IMG/VR virus record: IMGVR_UViG_3300012664_000059
Coordinates: 1 to 37,879 of that record
Source: a virus
Length of the DNA: 37,879 nucleotides
Strand: one strand, 5' to 3'
How positions within the stretch are numbered: position 1 is the stretch's first letter; each line of letters starts with the position of its first letter. This document shows positions 8,677 through 17,087 of the stretch, in pieces. Both the position numbers and the translations under genes were made by a program. Below the pieces are notes generated by a model. That model was given only the letters and a program-made list of their open reading frames with translations, ran no database searches and was not told the origin of the DNA.

Positions 8677-10137
8677 TTACCACTCCACAATAACAATACC
8701 ACCAGAACCAGCGCCTCCGGTACATGGGTTCCCGTTTCCGTAACAAGCGCCGCTTCCACCGTTTCCGTAACCGGTTGCGGCTTCTCCATTTTTTGCAGCC
8801 GACGATACGAAGGCTTGAGACGCTCCCGCCCCACCTGAAAAACCAAATTGTCCATAAGTAGCGGCGAAAACATATATAAGGCTGGTGCGCCTTGCAGTTG
8901 AATCCCCCGCGCCTGCGCCGCCGCCGCTGCCGCCCACAGCAGCAGCCGAACAGCAACTTGCAGTGGAGTTGCCTTTTCCGCCAGGCCCACCGGAAATGTT
9001 TATTGTTCCGCTAGACCCTGCTCCACCCGCACCTCCATCGCCGTTTACACCGGAACTGGTGCTATTAGCGCCAGCAGCCCCACCTGTTGCGGAACAAAAA
9101 GCCCCAAAAGAACTGGTGCCTCCTGCGGTCGCCGCCGCCCCTCCGCTGCCTACAGTGACAGACACGCTGGCGCCTGGTGTTAACCCCGTAGTGTAGAGGA
9201 CGGCGACGCCACCGCCGCCGCCACCACCGCAACCCCCATACGTACCACTTCCTGTTTTACTCCCGCCGCCACCGCCGCCACCAACAACAGTGATTTTGGC
9301 GGCGCTGACACCTGTCGGGACAGTGAATGTCCCAGAAGAAGTAAAAACTTGAGCGCGGCCCCCAACAAAAGCAGTGTTTTGCTGAGTTGTGTCGTTAAAC
9401 GTGACTGGCGAGGTAAAGGTTTTGGCACCGCCAATGGTCTGCGTGCCGGTGGTTTGAATGACATCAGAGCCAAGTTTTGCACCAGTTGCCGCACCATCCG
9501 CCAACTTGACTGTTGTGACCGCACCATCAGCCAACTTGGCCGTGGTGACCGCCCCGTCTGGAATGGATACGGAGGACTGATACAACTGGAACCGAACGCC
9601 GTCATATTCAATCTGGACGATCCGGCCAGCAACCAACTCGCTACCAATTAAGGGTGTGGACGAACCGGCGTAAATGTTTTTGGCACCCAAACCGTCCACA
9701 TCCAAGGTGACAGCACCCGTGTTGGTGTTTACGGGAATAAAACTGAGCGTCATGCCAGCCACGTAAGCGGTGTACGGAGGCGTAGACGAGCCAACCAGCG
9801 TGTTGGTGCCGGTGACGGTGATCAGGTTGTTGAACACCGTTGGATCGTCAATCGCAGGAATGTTGTCGTACGTGCCAATCAGCACGCTGGTCGAGGTGTA
9901 CAGGGCGAATTTGTACGTCACGCCGCTGTTGAGCCAGATCTCGTAAGGCGTGCGGCCCGCAGCGTTGAGCACAATGGGGTTGGTGTTGGCCACAGTGCCC
10001 GAGTTAGTGGTCCAAGTGGTTGCAGGGGTTGTGGTGCCTGCGGTGTAGACGTAGAGCAAACCACCGGCCAACGGAACGCCATTGCTGTCAAAGAACTGAG
10101 CGCCTGCGCCCGCGAATGCTGAAAGGTTGTATGCCAT
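8677..10137 (-). CDS. Tail fibre with a C-terminal glycine-rich domain (486 aa)
   Basis: N-terminus FFDSNGVPLAGGLLYVYTAGTTTPATTW is typical of podophage fibre/tailspike N-domains. The C-terminus has VVGGGGGGGS..GGCGGGGGGG runs and ends GIVIVEW, like phage glycine-rich fibre domains. Confidence 0.75.
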   Translation of the reverse strand: MAYNLSAFAGAGAQFFDSNGVPLAGGLLYVYTAGTTTPATTWTTNSGTVANTNPIVLNAAGRTPYEIWLNSGVTYKFALYTSTSVLIGTYDNIPAIDDPTVFNNLITVTGTNTLVGSSTPPYTAYVAGMTLSFIPVNTNTGAVTLDVDGLGAKNIYAGSSTPLIGSELVAGRIVQIEYDGVRFQLYQSSVSIPDGAVTTAKLADGAVTTVKLADGAATGAKLGSDVIQTTGTQTIGGAKTFTSPVTFNDTTQQNTAFVGGRAQVFTSSGTFTVPTGVSAAKITVVGGGGGGGSKTGSGTYGGCGGGGGGGVAVLYTTGLTPGASVSVTVGSGGAAATAGGTSSFGAFCSATGGAAGANSTSSGVNGDGGAGGAGSSGTINISGGPGGKGNSTASCCSAAAVGGSGGGAGAGDSTARRTSLIYVFAATYGQFGFSGGAGASQAFVSSAAKNGEAATGYGNGGSGACYGNGNPCTGGAGSGGIVIVEW

Positions 10138-10157
10138 GAGTTGTCCTTATGTCCGCA

Positions 10158-10415
10158 TTACCATGTCGAGATGGCCGTACGTTTCCATGTGTCTGTCGCC
10201 ACGCAGACGTAAATGTAACTGGTGTCCCAGCAGATGTCACCTTCGGTGCCTGCCGCTGTGGCGCTGGTCGGAGTCTTTTTCAAAATTCTGGGCTGACTGT
10301 TCTGGTACATCGACTGGAAGAACATGTACCACGGGCGATTGACGCCGCCCGTCACAGGGTCAACAATTGCCACCCGCGCAGGGGTCAGTGGGGTGATCTC
10401 AGGCATTGGTGCCAT
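10158..10415 (-). CDS. Hypothetical small tail-module protein (85 aa)
   Basis: ORF lies between the gp10-like gene and the fibre gene. It has a GDICWDTSYIYVCVATDTWKR motif. The start could also be 10406. Confidence 0.4.
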   Translation of the reverse strand: MAPMPEITPLTPARVAIVDPVTGGVNRPWYMFFQSMYQNSQPRILKKTPTSATAAGTEGDICWDTSYIYVCVATDTWKRTAISTW

Positions 10416-11832
10416 CCAAAAGCAGTTCAGCGCCCACGATGGTGACCTTCACTGGGTCAGTGCCCGAAATCTCGTACACACGGTCCCGCAGCTTGAGGGT
10501 CATGCCCAGACGTCGCCAGAACACCCGTTTGAAATACTCACCGATCTTGCCCATGGACGACAGGTGCTCGTTGGACCATGTGTGGCCGCCATCGTCAGAC
10601 CAGCGCAGCATGATCAGCGGGTTAGACCCCTGACCGTTCTCCAAGCCGACACCCGTCTCACAGTCGAGTTGCAGCGTGTGCTGCGTGGTGCGCTTGAGGT
10701 TGTTCTGCCCTGTGGGCAGCGCACGCCACGACCGCAGCCACTTCTGGATACGGTCATGGTCGGAATACTTGTTTATGTCAAAGGCGTAGATGTTCCCGTT
10801 CTGGTAATCACCCACGGCGTTGACGTTGTTGAAGTACGTCTGGCAGTTGCTGCGGTGGCGCGTGAACGCACCATTGATGAAACCTGCACGCTCGTGCCAG
10901 GCTTGCGTGGCCACATCGTAGACCCATGTGGCGTTGGCCGTAGGGAACGACAGCACGTAAAACGAGTGGCCGTCCTGCTGGTAGGTGTAGGCCACGGCAT
11001 CAGCAATGTCGGAATACTGTTGGATCTGCCACTCGACAGCGTGGGTGCTGACCCGAGTGCCCGAGTAACCGTTGGCGCGGTAAACGATACCTTTGCCTCG
11101 GCGATCGGACCCCAGCCAAAACAAACTGTTGTCCATCTTGGCCACAGAAAACGTGGCGGCGCAGCCAATCTCGTTGAACGCACCATCGATGCGTTGGAGG
11201 GGGAAGTCTGTTGCGCCCGAGTTGTACCAAACCTCGACCGAGTTGGTGCCGAACAGCCAGACTTGGCCGTGGTCCACAATGGACGACACCAGATTGTCTG
11301 GGTCTGCCTCGGCACTCGCGAACTCCAGCGGGTCCACCGACAGCGGGTCGTTGAGCGCAGTCACCCAGACTTTTTGGCTGTTTGGCTCAATGAACACAAA
11401 ATAACCGTCCAAGAAGGATACGGTCAAAGCGCCAGGGAAATCAGGATCAGTGACCTGTGCAAAGGCGTTGGTCAGCGTGTTGTAAACGTACATCGGGCCA
11501 TCGCAAGCGATGACGACCTGCGTCCCATTGTCAGACATGGACACTGGGGTTGTCACATCGTTGACAGCGCCCAGCAGGGTCACGGTGTACGAGTCGTCGA
11601 CTCGGTACAACGAGCCGCCCGATACCACGTACAGATAGTCGCCCACGGTGCGGATGCCACGAACTGGGCCAGTGCCCACGGTGGTCAGCAAGCGCAAGCC
11701 TGGCGCACGTTGCAAAAACGCAGGCTCTTTCCCACCCTCGGGGACAATTTCTGGAAACAAATTTATCATTTTGTTGTCGGCGGCGTTGACCGACCGAGCA
11801 ACATATGACGACCCAAGGATTGGCGACTTCAT
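10399..11832 (-). CDS. P22 gp10-like tail accessory / packaged-DNA stabilisation protein (477 aa)
   Basis: N-terminus NLFPEIVPEGGKEPAFLQRAPGLRLL resembles the gp10 N-terminus (YLPVNML...GYLRSFPGI). It follows the gp4-like gene as in P22. Confidence 0.55.
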   Translation of the reverse strand: MKSPILGSSYVARSVNAADNKMINLFPEIVPEGGKEPAFLQRAPGLRLLTTVGTGPVRGIRTVGDYLYVVSGGSLYRVDDSYTVTLLGAVNDVTTPVSMSDNGTQVVIACDGPMYVYNTLTNAFAQVTDPDFPGALTVSFLDGYFVFIEPNSQKVWVTALNDPLSVDPLEFASAEADPDNLVSSIVDHGQVWLFGTNSVEVWYNSGATDFPLQRIDGAFNEIGCAATFSVAKMDNSLFWLGSDRRGKGIVYRANGYSGTRVSTHAVEWQIQQYSDIADAVAYTYQQDGHSFYVLSFPTANATWVYDVATQAWHERAGFINGAFTRHRSNCQTYFNNVNAVGDYQNGNIYAFDINKYSDHDRIQKWLRSWRALPTGQNNLKRTTQHTLQLDCETGVGLENGQGSNPLIMLRWSDDGGHTWSNEHLSSMGKIGEYFKRVFWRRLGMTLKLRDRVYEISGTDPVKVTIVGAELLLDGTNA

Positions 11833-11834
11833 GA

Positions 11835-12557
11835 TCAGTAATTGCCAGCGTAGATGTTGAACCGCTGACGAGTGGCCACCAGCGAGTACGGCATCGACAT
11901 CACGTCATCTGGGTTGTTGATGCGCTTCAGATTGCGCTTGGATGTCATGGCGATGCGCTGCACCTGCGGCGAAGGCTCCACGCCAAACTCTGGCGCGATC
12001 TCCATGGCCAAGTTGTACGTAAAAGCACGTAGATATCCTGGCGGGAACAGCAAGTTGGTGGCCAATGTGGCAGGGTTGCTCAGTTCTTCAACCGAGACAA
12101 AGTGCCACTCGAGTTCGCGAGTGGGCACTGGGTAGACCGTCATGGTCGTGTCTGGGAACGTGTTGTTCACAAACATCACCTGCGGGTATGTAGAGGTCAC
12201 GGTCTTGACCGCGATGCCATCGTACTGCTGCTGGTTGATCAGCTTGATGCCGAACGACACATTGGTGCCTGGGTCACGGTAGTACGTGGCGTCATCAATC
12301 AGGATGGGGCGCAGGCCGACAAAGTTACCCGTCGGACCCAATGTGCGGGTCTGATTGCCCACACCGGCAGGCCACAGGAACACTTGGTCTTGGGTGCTGA
12401 ACACGGCCAAACGCTCGGTGTTCCACGATTCAACCATCTGGTTGAGCGCTACCAGCGCATCTTGGGATGTGGCAGCAGACGGGGTTTCACCCTCGGCAAG
12501 AACGCCAAGCAACCGAAGTGCTCGGTTGATTTGATCGCCAGCACTGTAAACCGCCAT
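11835..12557 (-). CDS. P22 gp4-like head-to-tail adaptor (240 aa)
   Basis: AGDQINRALRLLGVLAEGETPSAATSQDALVALNQMVESW parallels the P22 gp4 N-terminus (GDLVRAALRKLGV...DAVDDLEAMMAEW). Confidence 0.55.
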   Translation of the reverse strand: MAVYSAGDQINRALRLLGVLAEGETPSAATSQDALVALNQMVESWNTERLAVFSTQDQVFLWPAGVGNQTRTLGPTGNFVGLRPILIDDATYYRDPGTNVSFGIKLINQQQYDGIAVKTVTSTYPQVMFVNNTFPDTTMTVYPVPTRELEWHFVSVEELSNPATLATNLLFPPGYLRAFTYNLAMEIAPEFGVEPSPQVQRIAMTSKRNLKRINNPDDVMSMPYSLVATRQRFNIYAGNY

Positions 12558-12558
12558 G

Positions 12559-12774
12559 TCAGACTCCTTCGATAGTCACCTCAGCAGGGTCAGTGGCCTT
12601 GCGAGTGTATTTGCGTTTTGTCCCCAGCGCGTTCACTGGAGCCGCATCTTCGGGAGCCGAAGGCGTCTCGATATTGTATCGCGTCCAGCCATTTTTTTCA
12701 TCAGCTTCGGCTTCCATATCGGAAATGGCAACCTTTGCGCCGTGAACAGGGTGGATCAGATAAATGACAGCCAT
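12559..12774 (-). CDS. Hypothetical protein (71 aa)
   Basis: ORF lies between a terminator hairpin and the adaptor gene; its stop is 1 nt before the next start. Confidence 0.45.
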   Translation of the reverse strand: MAVIYLIHPVHGAKVAISDMEAEADEKNGWTRYNIETPSAPEDAAPVNALGTKRKYTRKATDPAEVTIEGV

Positions 12775-12785
12775 GGAATTTCCTC

Positions 12786-12808
12786 AAAAACAGGGACCGA
12801 AGTCCCTG
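12786..12808 (-). terminator. Intrinsic terminator, UUCG-tetraloop hairpin plus U-run
   Basis: The minus strand reads CAGGGAC-UUCG-GUCCCUG followed by UUUUU. It lies 5 nt after the stop of 12814-13221. Confidence 0.7.
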
Positions 12809-12813
12809 TTTTA

Positions 12814-13221
12814 TTAAGCTGCGCCGTGGATGACGCAGAAGTTGATCACAACGGCTTCAGACAGCGAACCGCCCGAAATGTTGCGCAACGAAATACTGAC
12901 TGAACCAGTAGTAAGCGCGTTGGCAAATGCGTTGTATGAACCAGGCGTGGCTTGACCGCCCGAGATCGTCAAGATCACGGTGTCATTGGCGCTGATTGTG
13001 CTGTTGTTCAAGGTGAACGTGGCGTTTGTGGCGGTTGCCAAAGACGCATTGTTCATCGTGATGCGACCCATAGACCGGTTCAGCGTGACCGCTGTGGACT
13101 TGTCTGTCAGTTGGGTAACAGTGCCTTGAGCTGCTGCGCTGTAACCAATTTCTTGGCTGGCGTAGCAGGTAGTGAACTCGGGGTCAGCGTAAGCAACGCC
13201 CGTGGCTAATGTGTTTGGCAT
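12814..13221 (-). CDS. Virion protein (135 aa), candidate capsid decoration/cement protein
   Basis: Thr/Ser/Asn-rich beta-type sequence. It is the second gene after coat and is flanked by strong terminators. Confidence 0.45.
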   Translation of the reverse strand: MPNTLATGVAYADPEFTTCYASQEIGYSAAAQGTVTQLTDKSTAVTLNRSMGRITMNNASLATATNATFTLNNSTISANDTVILTISGGQATPGSYNAFANALTTGSVSISLRNISGGSLSEAVVINFCVIHGAA

Positions 13222-13232
13222 GATTGTTCCTT

Positions 13233-13256
13233 AAAAAACAGGGACCGAAGTCCCTG
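13233..13256 (-). terminator. Intrinsic terminator, with the same hairpin as at 12791-12808
   Basis: The minus strand reads CAGGGAC-UUCG-GUCCCUG then UUUUUU. A 26-nt block matches 12786-12811 exactly. Confidence 0.75.
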
Positions 13257-13263
13257 TTTCAAT

Positions 13264-13671
13264 TTAGGCAATTTTGTACACAGTGTACGCATTGTCAGCC
13301 GTTTTGCGGAAACGGAACATTGCGCTAGATGTGACAGCCGTGGCAGTGAAAGCGTTGCCGCCATCAGTCAAGCCAGTGGCAGTTGCCAAGGTGACAGCAC
13401 CAGACGAGGTGCCGATGTTCACAATGTTCAGATCAAAAGTGCTGCCAACAGTAGCGTTGGGAACAGCAGCTTCAATCAGAGCTGCGGTGGGCAGCGTGTA
13501 GGTTGCAGCAGAAGTGCCAGGGTTAGCGACCAGCATACCGCCAGCAATCTGAGCTGCCGTCAGCGTGGCTGTGGCAGTAGCAGTTTGAGGAGCGGCATAT
13601 GCGCCGAGGATGGTTTCTGAGCGGTTGCCTGCACCAACTTGGTAGCCGCCTGCGCCGTTAGGGAGAGCCAT
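13264..13671 (-). CDS. Virion protein (135 aa), candidate capsid decoration/cement protein
   Basis: Ala/Thr-rich ORF directly after the coat gene. Same length as the next gene, and also flanked by terminators. Confidence 0.45.
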   Translation of the reverse strand: MALPNGAGGYQVGAGNRSETILGAYAAPQTATATATLTAAQIAGGMLVANPGTSAATYTLPTAALIEAAVPNATVGSTFDLNIVNIGTSSGAVTLATATGLTDGGNAFTATAVTSSAMFRFRKTADNAYTVYKIA

Positions 13672-13700
13672 GATAATTTCCTTTCAAAGATGAATGACAG

Positions 13701-13717
13701 AAAGGGGCCGAAGCCCC
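13701..13717 (-). terminator. Probable intrinsic terminator/attenuator after the coat gene
   Basis: The minus strand reads GGGGC-UUCG-GCCCC then UUUCUGU (short U-run). It shares the upstream context TAAATTGAAAC with the 13233-13256 element. Confidence 0.5.
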
Positions 13718-13725
13718 GTTTCAAT

Positions 13726-14934
13726 TTAGCCCCACAGGCGAACAGCCATTTGTGGGCGGATCGCGCTGTAACCGTACAGAACGTCAATACGGCAAGGCAG
13801 ACGGTCGTTGTTGATGTCGTACTGACGCACGATACGCAAGCTGATACCGTTGTGCACAGCGCGTGCTGCCATGTCGACGCCCTGGGGCAGCAACAGGTCG
13901 GCAGTGGCGAAGGTGATGGCATCCTTGTGGTACACCAAGTTCTGAGCGTACTGGCTGGAAGCCGCGCCCACGAACACAACAGCTTTGCCGCTCTGTGGCA
14001 AAACGTCCACAGTTGCCAAAGCGTTGCTGGCCGAGAACATCGGAGCCACGGTGATGGTGCCAGCGCCAGAGCCGTTCAGGGTCACGTCAGCAGCAGCCAC
14101 GAACTGGAACAACGAGCCGGTGGACTCACGGGTCTGTGGGTTCACAGCGAAGCAGTCAGCCACGGTGAACACGTCACCAGCTTTGACCACACCGTTGTTG
14201 CCAGCGCCGGTCACGACGATGGAGGTTGCGCCTTCAGCGGTCACAGCAGCGGACAAAGTGCCGCCAGTAGCGCCACGCGAGCCGGTGGTGAACTGCTTGA
14301 TCGACTGAGACATATTGATCTCGTCAAAGCCCAACACGCCAGTGCCCATCATGCCGTTCTTGAACTGCTTGCTGATGGTGTCGGTGGGGTTGAACAGACC
14401 CTTCATGCCTTCGACCAAACCAGCGTTGGCGGCTGGGTTGACGGTGGCGTAACGGGGGTTCATCACAGCGGCGTTCTCGTTCAGCTTTTGCTGGGCGGCA
14501 AGCAGCACAGCAGAAGTGGAGGGAACGGTGCCAGGGGTACCGACCGAGTTGCCGATGCTCTTGTATGCGTTGGCAACGTCAGCGTCGATGCTGGAGGCCA
14601 ATTGGCTGATACGAGGCTTCAAGACACGCTCTGCGAAGTCGTCCAACTGCATGGTCAATTCGGCAGAAGTGAAGTTCACGCCGATGTGCTTTTGGTTGGA
14701 GACGCTCAGGGTGGTGAACTGCTCGTTGTCGTCCTGGGTTTGCAGGGCGGCACCATCAGTCACCAAAGCGCGGTCGGGCAGACGGATACGCAGGGTAGAG
14801 CCAATCTTGGCACCTTCCACAGCGAAGCTGTCATCGTACTGGCGGTTGACGTTGCGGGTCAGGACCAGGTTGTTTTCAAGTATTTCCAAACTTTTTCTTG
14901 TGATCATGTCGATCGTCAGAATGCTGTTAGACAT
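13726..14934 (-). CDS. Major capsid protein, P22 coat-protein family (402 aa)
   Basis: C-terminal CRIDVLYGYSAIRPQMAVRL parallels P22 gp5 CRIALWYGVNATRPEAIGV. The size, an AAGGAA SD and a position after the scaffold gene also fit. Confidence 0.85.
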   Translation of the reverse strand: MSNSILTIDMITRKSLEILENNLVLTRNVNRQYDDSFAVEGAKIGSTLRIRLPDRALVTDGAALQTQDDNEQFTTLSVSNQKHIGVNFTSAELTMQLDDFAERVLKPRISQLASSIDADVANAYKSIGNSVGTPGTVPSTSAVLLAAQQKLNENAAVMNPRYATVNPAANAGLVEGMKGLFNPTDTISKQFKNGMMGTGVLGFDEINMSQSIKQFTTGSRGATGGTLSAAVTAEGATSIVVTGAGNNGVVKAGDVFTVADCFAVNPQTRESTGSLFQFVAAADVTLNGSGAGTITVAPMFSASNALATVDVLPQSGKAVVFVGAASSQYAQNLVYHKDAITFATADLLLPQGVDMAARAVHNGISLRIVRQYDINNDRLPCRIDVLYGYSAIRPQMAVRLWG

Positions 14935-14935
14935 A

Positions 14936-15469
14936 TTAAATTCCTTTAAAAAATGATGAAGACTGGTGAGGACACACGCCGCCGTTTTTATGTTTCCCAG
15001 TGTTGCAATTCATACAAAGAACTTGGTAGCCTGGGGGAAACCCCGACTTCCGCAGCCATCGGTAGAAACCGTAACCCGAGCCAGCGTACTGACCCGATTT
15101 TCGTTCTTCCGCGCCGTTGTTGTCAATGTGATCAATTGATAGAAACATCGGTTCACTTTCACCGCAACAGTTGCACTTGTATCCGCCATAGGCTTCATAC
15201 ACTTGCTCTCTGCAAACCGCTTGTGCGCGTTTGGTTTTCTCTGACTCGGCCTTGCGTATCGCAGCGACTTCCTCAGGCGTTCCATTTGCTAACTTGCGGT
15301 TGCGGTGTTCACGTTTATGCTCACGGTCTTTCTCCCGATTCGCTTCACGCCAGTCCCGCATACGTTGGTTAAACCGTTCACGATTGCGCTCTCTATATCT
15401 GGCCGCTGCTTCCCTGTTGCGTTGCCGCTTGAGTTCTTCAGCCGTCAAATCTAAATTATCACTCTCCAT
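14936..15469 (-). CDS. HNH endonuclease (177 aa) inserted between scaffold and coat
   Basis: CNCCGESEPMFLSIDHIDNNG ... QVLCMNCNTGKH is an HNH/zinc-finger signature. The N-terminus has basic RYRERNRE-type repeats. Start moved to 15469 (AGGAGA SD). Confidence 0.8.
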   Translation of the reverse strand: MESDNLDLTAEELKRQRNREAAARYRERNRERFNQRMRDWREANREKDREHKREHRNRKLANGTPEEVAAIRKAESEKTKRAQAVCREQVYEAYGGYKCNCCGESEPMFLSIDHIDNNGAEERKSGQYAGSGYGFYRWLRKSGFPPGYQVLCMNCNTGKHKNGGVCPHQSSSFFKGI

Positions 15470-15516
15470 TTTGTTCTCCTGATTTCGGGTAATCATTGTA
15501 CCCGATTTCAGGAGAG

Positions 15517-16308
15517 TTAGCGGATCATCTGCGCTTGCAGCTTTTTCATCTGTCGGGCACGTTCGGCTTCAATCCACTGCGAATCTGTCATGGTCTTGAT
15601 AGACCGAGGATCCGTAGTGTCATGTGACGGTGATCCAGAGGATCGTGCGGCAACAGGTTTAATCGGTGCAGGTGCAGACGTGGTTCGTTTCATGGGAGGT
15701 TCTGCGGCCAATTTGGCCTCAATCTTCCCAATCTCTTTTGCCTGACTGAGTGGCGTCATGCGTGAGATGCGCTCCGCATCTTTGGGGTTGGAGCCGAGGT
15801 AGTAAGCCAACTCGGGGCCAATGTCCGAAGACTGGATCGTTTCGGCCATCACGTTGGTGATTGGTAGCTTGGGGTTGTAGGCGACTTGCTCGAAGTCGTC
15901 GTATTTGTCCCGCGCTGCTTCCTCACGTTCCTGATAGCTCTCGAGAACTTGCGACTGCTGCTTGGCTGCTTCACGCTTGGCGAGCAGTTCTTCGGCTTTC
16001 TGGTAGGCCAGTGCTTCCGCATAGGCTTCAGGGCTTTCAAACTGTTCAGCAGAAGTAGCTGATGGAGCTTTGACGATTTGCGTTTCCGCAGCCCGTTGTT
16101 GCTGTTCCCGTTCCCACTTACGTTGCTCTCTTGCGAGGCGTTTGCCGATCATCGCATCGATCTCAGCCTGGGAGTATTTCTTCTCCTCGACCTGTTCGTT
16201 TTGATTCTCGACGACTTCCGGCGCGGTATCAAGCGTCTCAGGAGCAGCCGTTGCTTCTGGTGCTGGCGCGGAGTCAACTTCCGCTAAGGTTTGGACTTCT
16301 TCAGTCAT
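15517..16308 (-). CDS. Scaffolding protein (263 aa)
   Basis: Acidic N-terminus, then YSQAEIDAMIGKRLAREQRKWERE (DUF4355-like scaffold motif). Highly charged helical sequence upstream of coat. Confidence 0.7.
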   Translation of the reverse strand: MTEEVQTLAEVDSAPAPEATAAPETLDTAPEVVENQNEQVEEKKYSQAEIDAMIGKRLAREQRKWEREQQQRAAETQIVKAPSATSAEQFESPEAYAEALAYQKAEELLAKREAAKQQSQVLESYQEREEAARDKYDDFEQVAYNPKLPITNVMAETIQSSDIGPELAYYLGSNPKDAERISRMTPLSQAKEIGKIEAKLAAEPPMKRTTSAPAPIKPVAARSSGSPSHDTTDPRSIKTMTDSQWIEAERARQMKKLQAQMIR

Positions 16309-16360
16309 TTATGAATCCTGGGATTCCTCGGTCTACTGGGCCGATACAGGTTTATGAGCA

Positions 16361-16597
16361 TTATGCCCAGATTCTTCGCGGTTGCACAGGGAACACCTCA
16401 AACGGAGCGAACGCCTCGGGCATCGGGCCACGGGTGTTTACATGCCAGCCATCCATCGGTGTCACCACAGGATTTTCGGGGTCAGTGTTGTCCGTGGTGT
16501 ACATGATCCCGATCACGTCAATGCTGCCTTCGTAGCCTGCCAGCACCTCAATGCTTTGGGCTTCGTCGGTGAACTTGAGGTACGAATCAATCCACAT
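16361..16597 (-). CDS. Hypothetical protein (78 aa)
   Basis: ORF overlaps the HNH stop by 11 nt. No family recognised. Confidence 0.45.
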   Translation of the reverse strand: MWIDSYLKFTDEAQSIEVLAGYEGSIDVIGIMYTTDNTDPENPVVTPMDGWHVNTRGPMPEAFAPFEVFPVQPRRIWA

Positions 16598-17087
16598 ATG
16601 CGTATGCCTTTCGATTGCGAATGGAGCGAATTGCGGTGCAAGTCACGCCAAGAGAGAGCCCCAATGCTTTGTTTGAAATACCAAACTCTGCAAGTTTACG
16701 AATCCCTTTGATTTGCAAATCTGAAAACTTTGCGTTAGCGCCGTAAAGTTTGCCGTTTTTGACCATCTTTGCGCGTACTGCTTTTTGCTTTTGGGAGCGA
16801 AGTTCTGGGTTCCAGCGTCCATCCCTCACAGACATCATGACGTTTTCTTGATGAGTTCCTGGCTGAAGGTGTGCCGGATTAACGCACAGCCTGTTGTGGC
16901 ATACGTGCATTAACTCAAGCCCCTCTGGAATTTTCCCAGTGCTGCGCTCATAAGAGACTCGGTGCGCCAACTTGCCGTGACCGGAAAGGCCATAGCCGTT
17001 AGCGTTCACAGGCCCCATCCAAAGCCAGCAACCAGACATCGGCTCTTTTGTAACGCGATCTTCGATTTCAAGTCTTGTCCTGCTCAT
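16587..17087 (-). CDS. HNH endonuclease, HNH_3-type with a C-terminal HTH (166 aa)
   Basis: GCWLWMGPVNANGYG ... AHRVSYE ... HVCHNRLCVNPAHLQPGTHQEN is the classical phage HNH_3 signature. The tail (GISNKALGLSLGVTCTAIRSI) looks like an HTH. ATGA overlap with the upstream 964-aa gene. Confidence 0.8.
   Translation of the reverse strand: MSRTRLEIEDRVTKEPMSGCWLWMGPVNANGYGLSGHGKLAHRVSYERSTGKIPEGLELMHVCHNRLCVNPAHLQPGTHQENVMMSVRDGRWNPELRSQKQKAVRAKMVKNGKLYGANAKFSDLQIKGIRKLAEFGISNKALGLSLGVTCTAIRSIRNRKAYAYVD

Noticed and set aside
8384-8956. 190-aa ORF (and 8574-8990, 8885-9196, 9180-9647) overlapping the 3' part of the tail-fibre gene, with runs such as RRRRRRGG
   Set aside because: These are frame-shifted readings of GGN-rich codons of the glycine-rich fibre domain, which is open in many frames. 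Only the part downstream of the fibre stop (8384-8674, MKNALIS...) looks like a real gene. No slippery site suggests programmed frameshifting.
8677-10137. Diversity-generating retroelement, as in the podophage BPP-1, acting on the fibre gene
   Set aside because: No reverse transcriptase ORF was recognised anywhere in the genome, and no template-repeat copy of the fibre 3' region was seen. The repetitiveness is glycine-codon low complexity.
10324-11808. 494-aa plus-strand ORF almost exactly antisense to the gp10-like gene. Similar long antisense ORFs lie at 13639-14949 (opposite coat), 20828-21664 and 21707-22465 (opposite portal), 2841-3641, 4802-5575, 31262-31915, 32570-33406 and 34703-35395.
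   Set aside because: The translations are low-complexity and rich in Arg, Val, His and Gly. They lack SDs and recognisable motifs. Each lies opposite a gene with strong family signatures. These are typical shadow ORFs of moderately GC-rich coding DNA, not overlapping genes.
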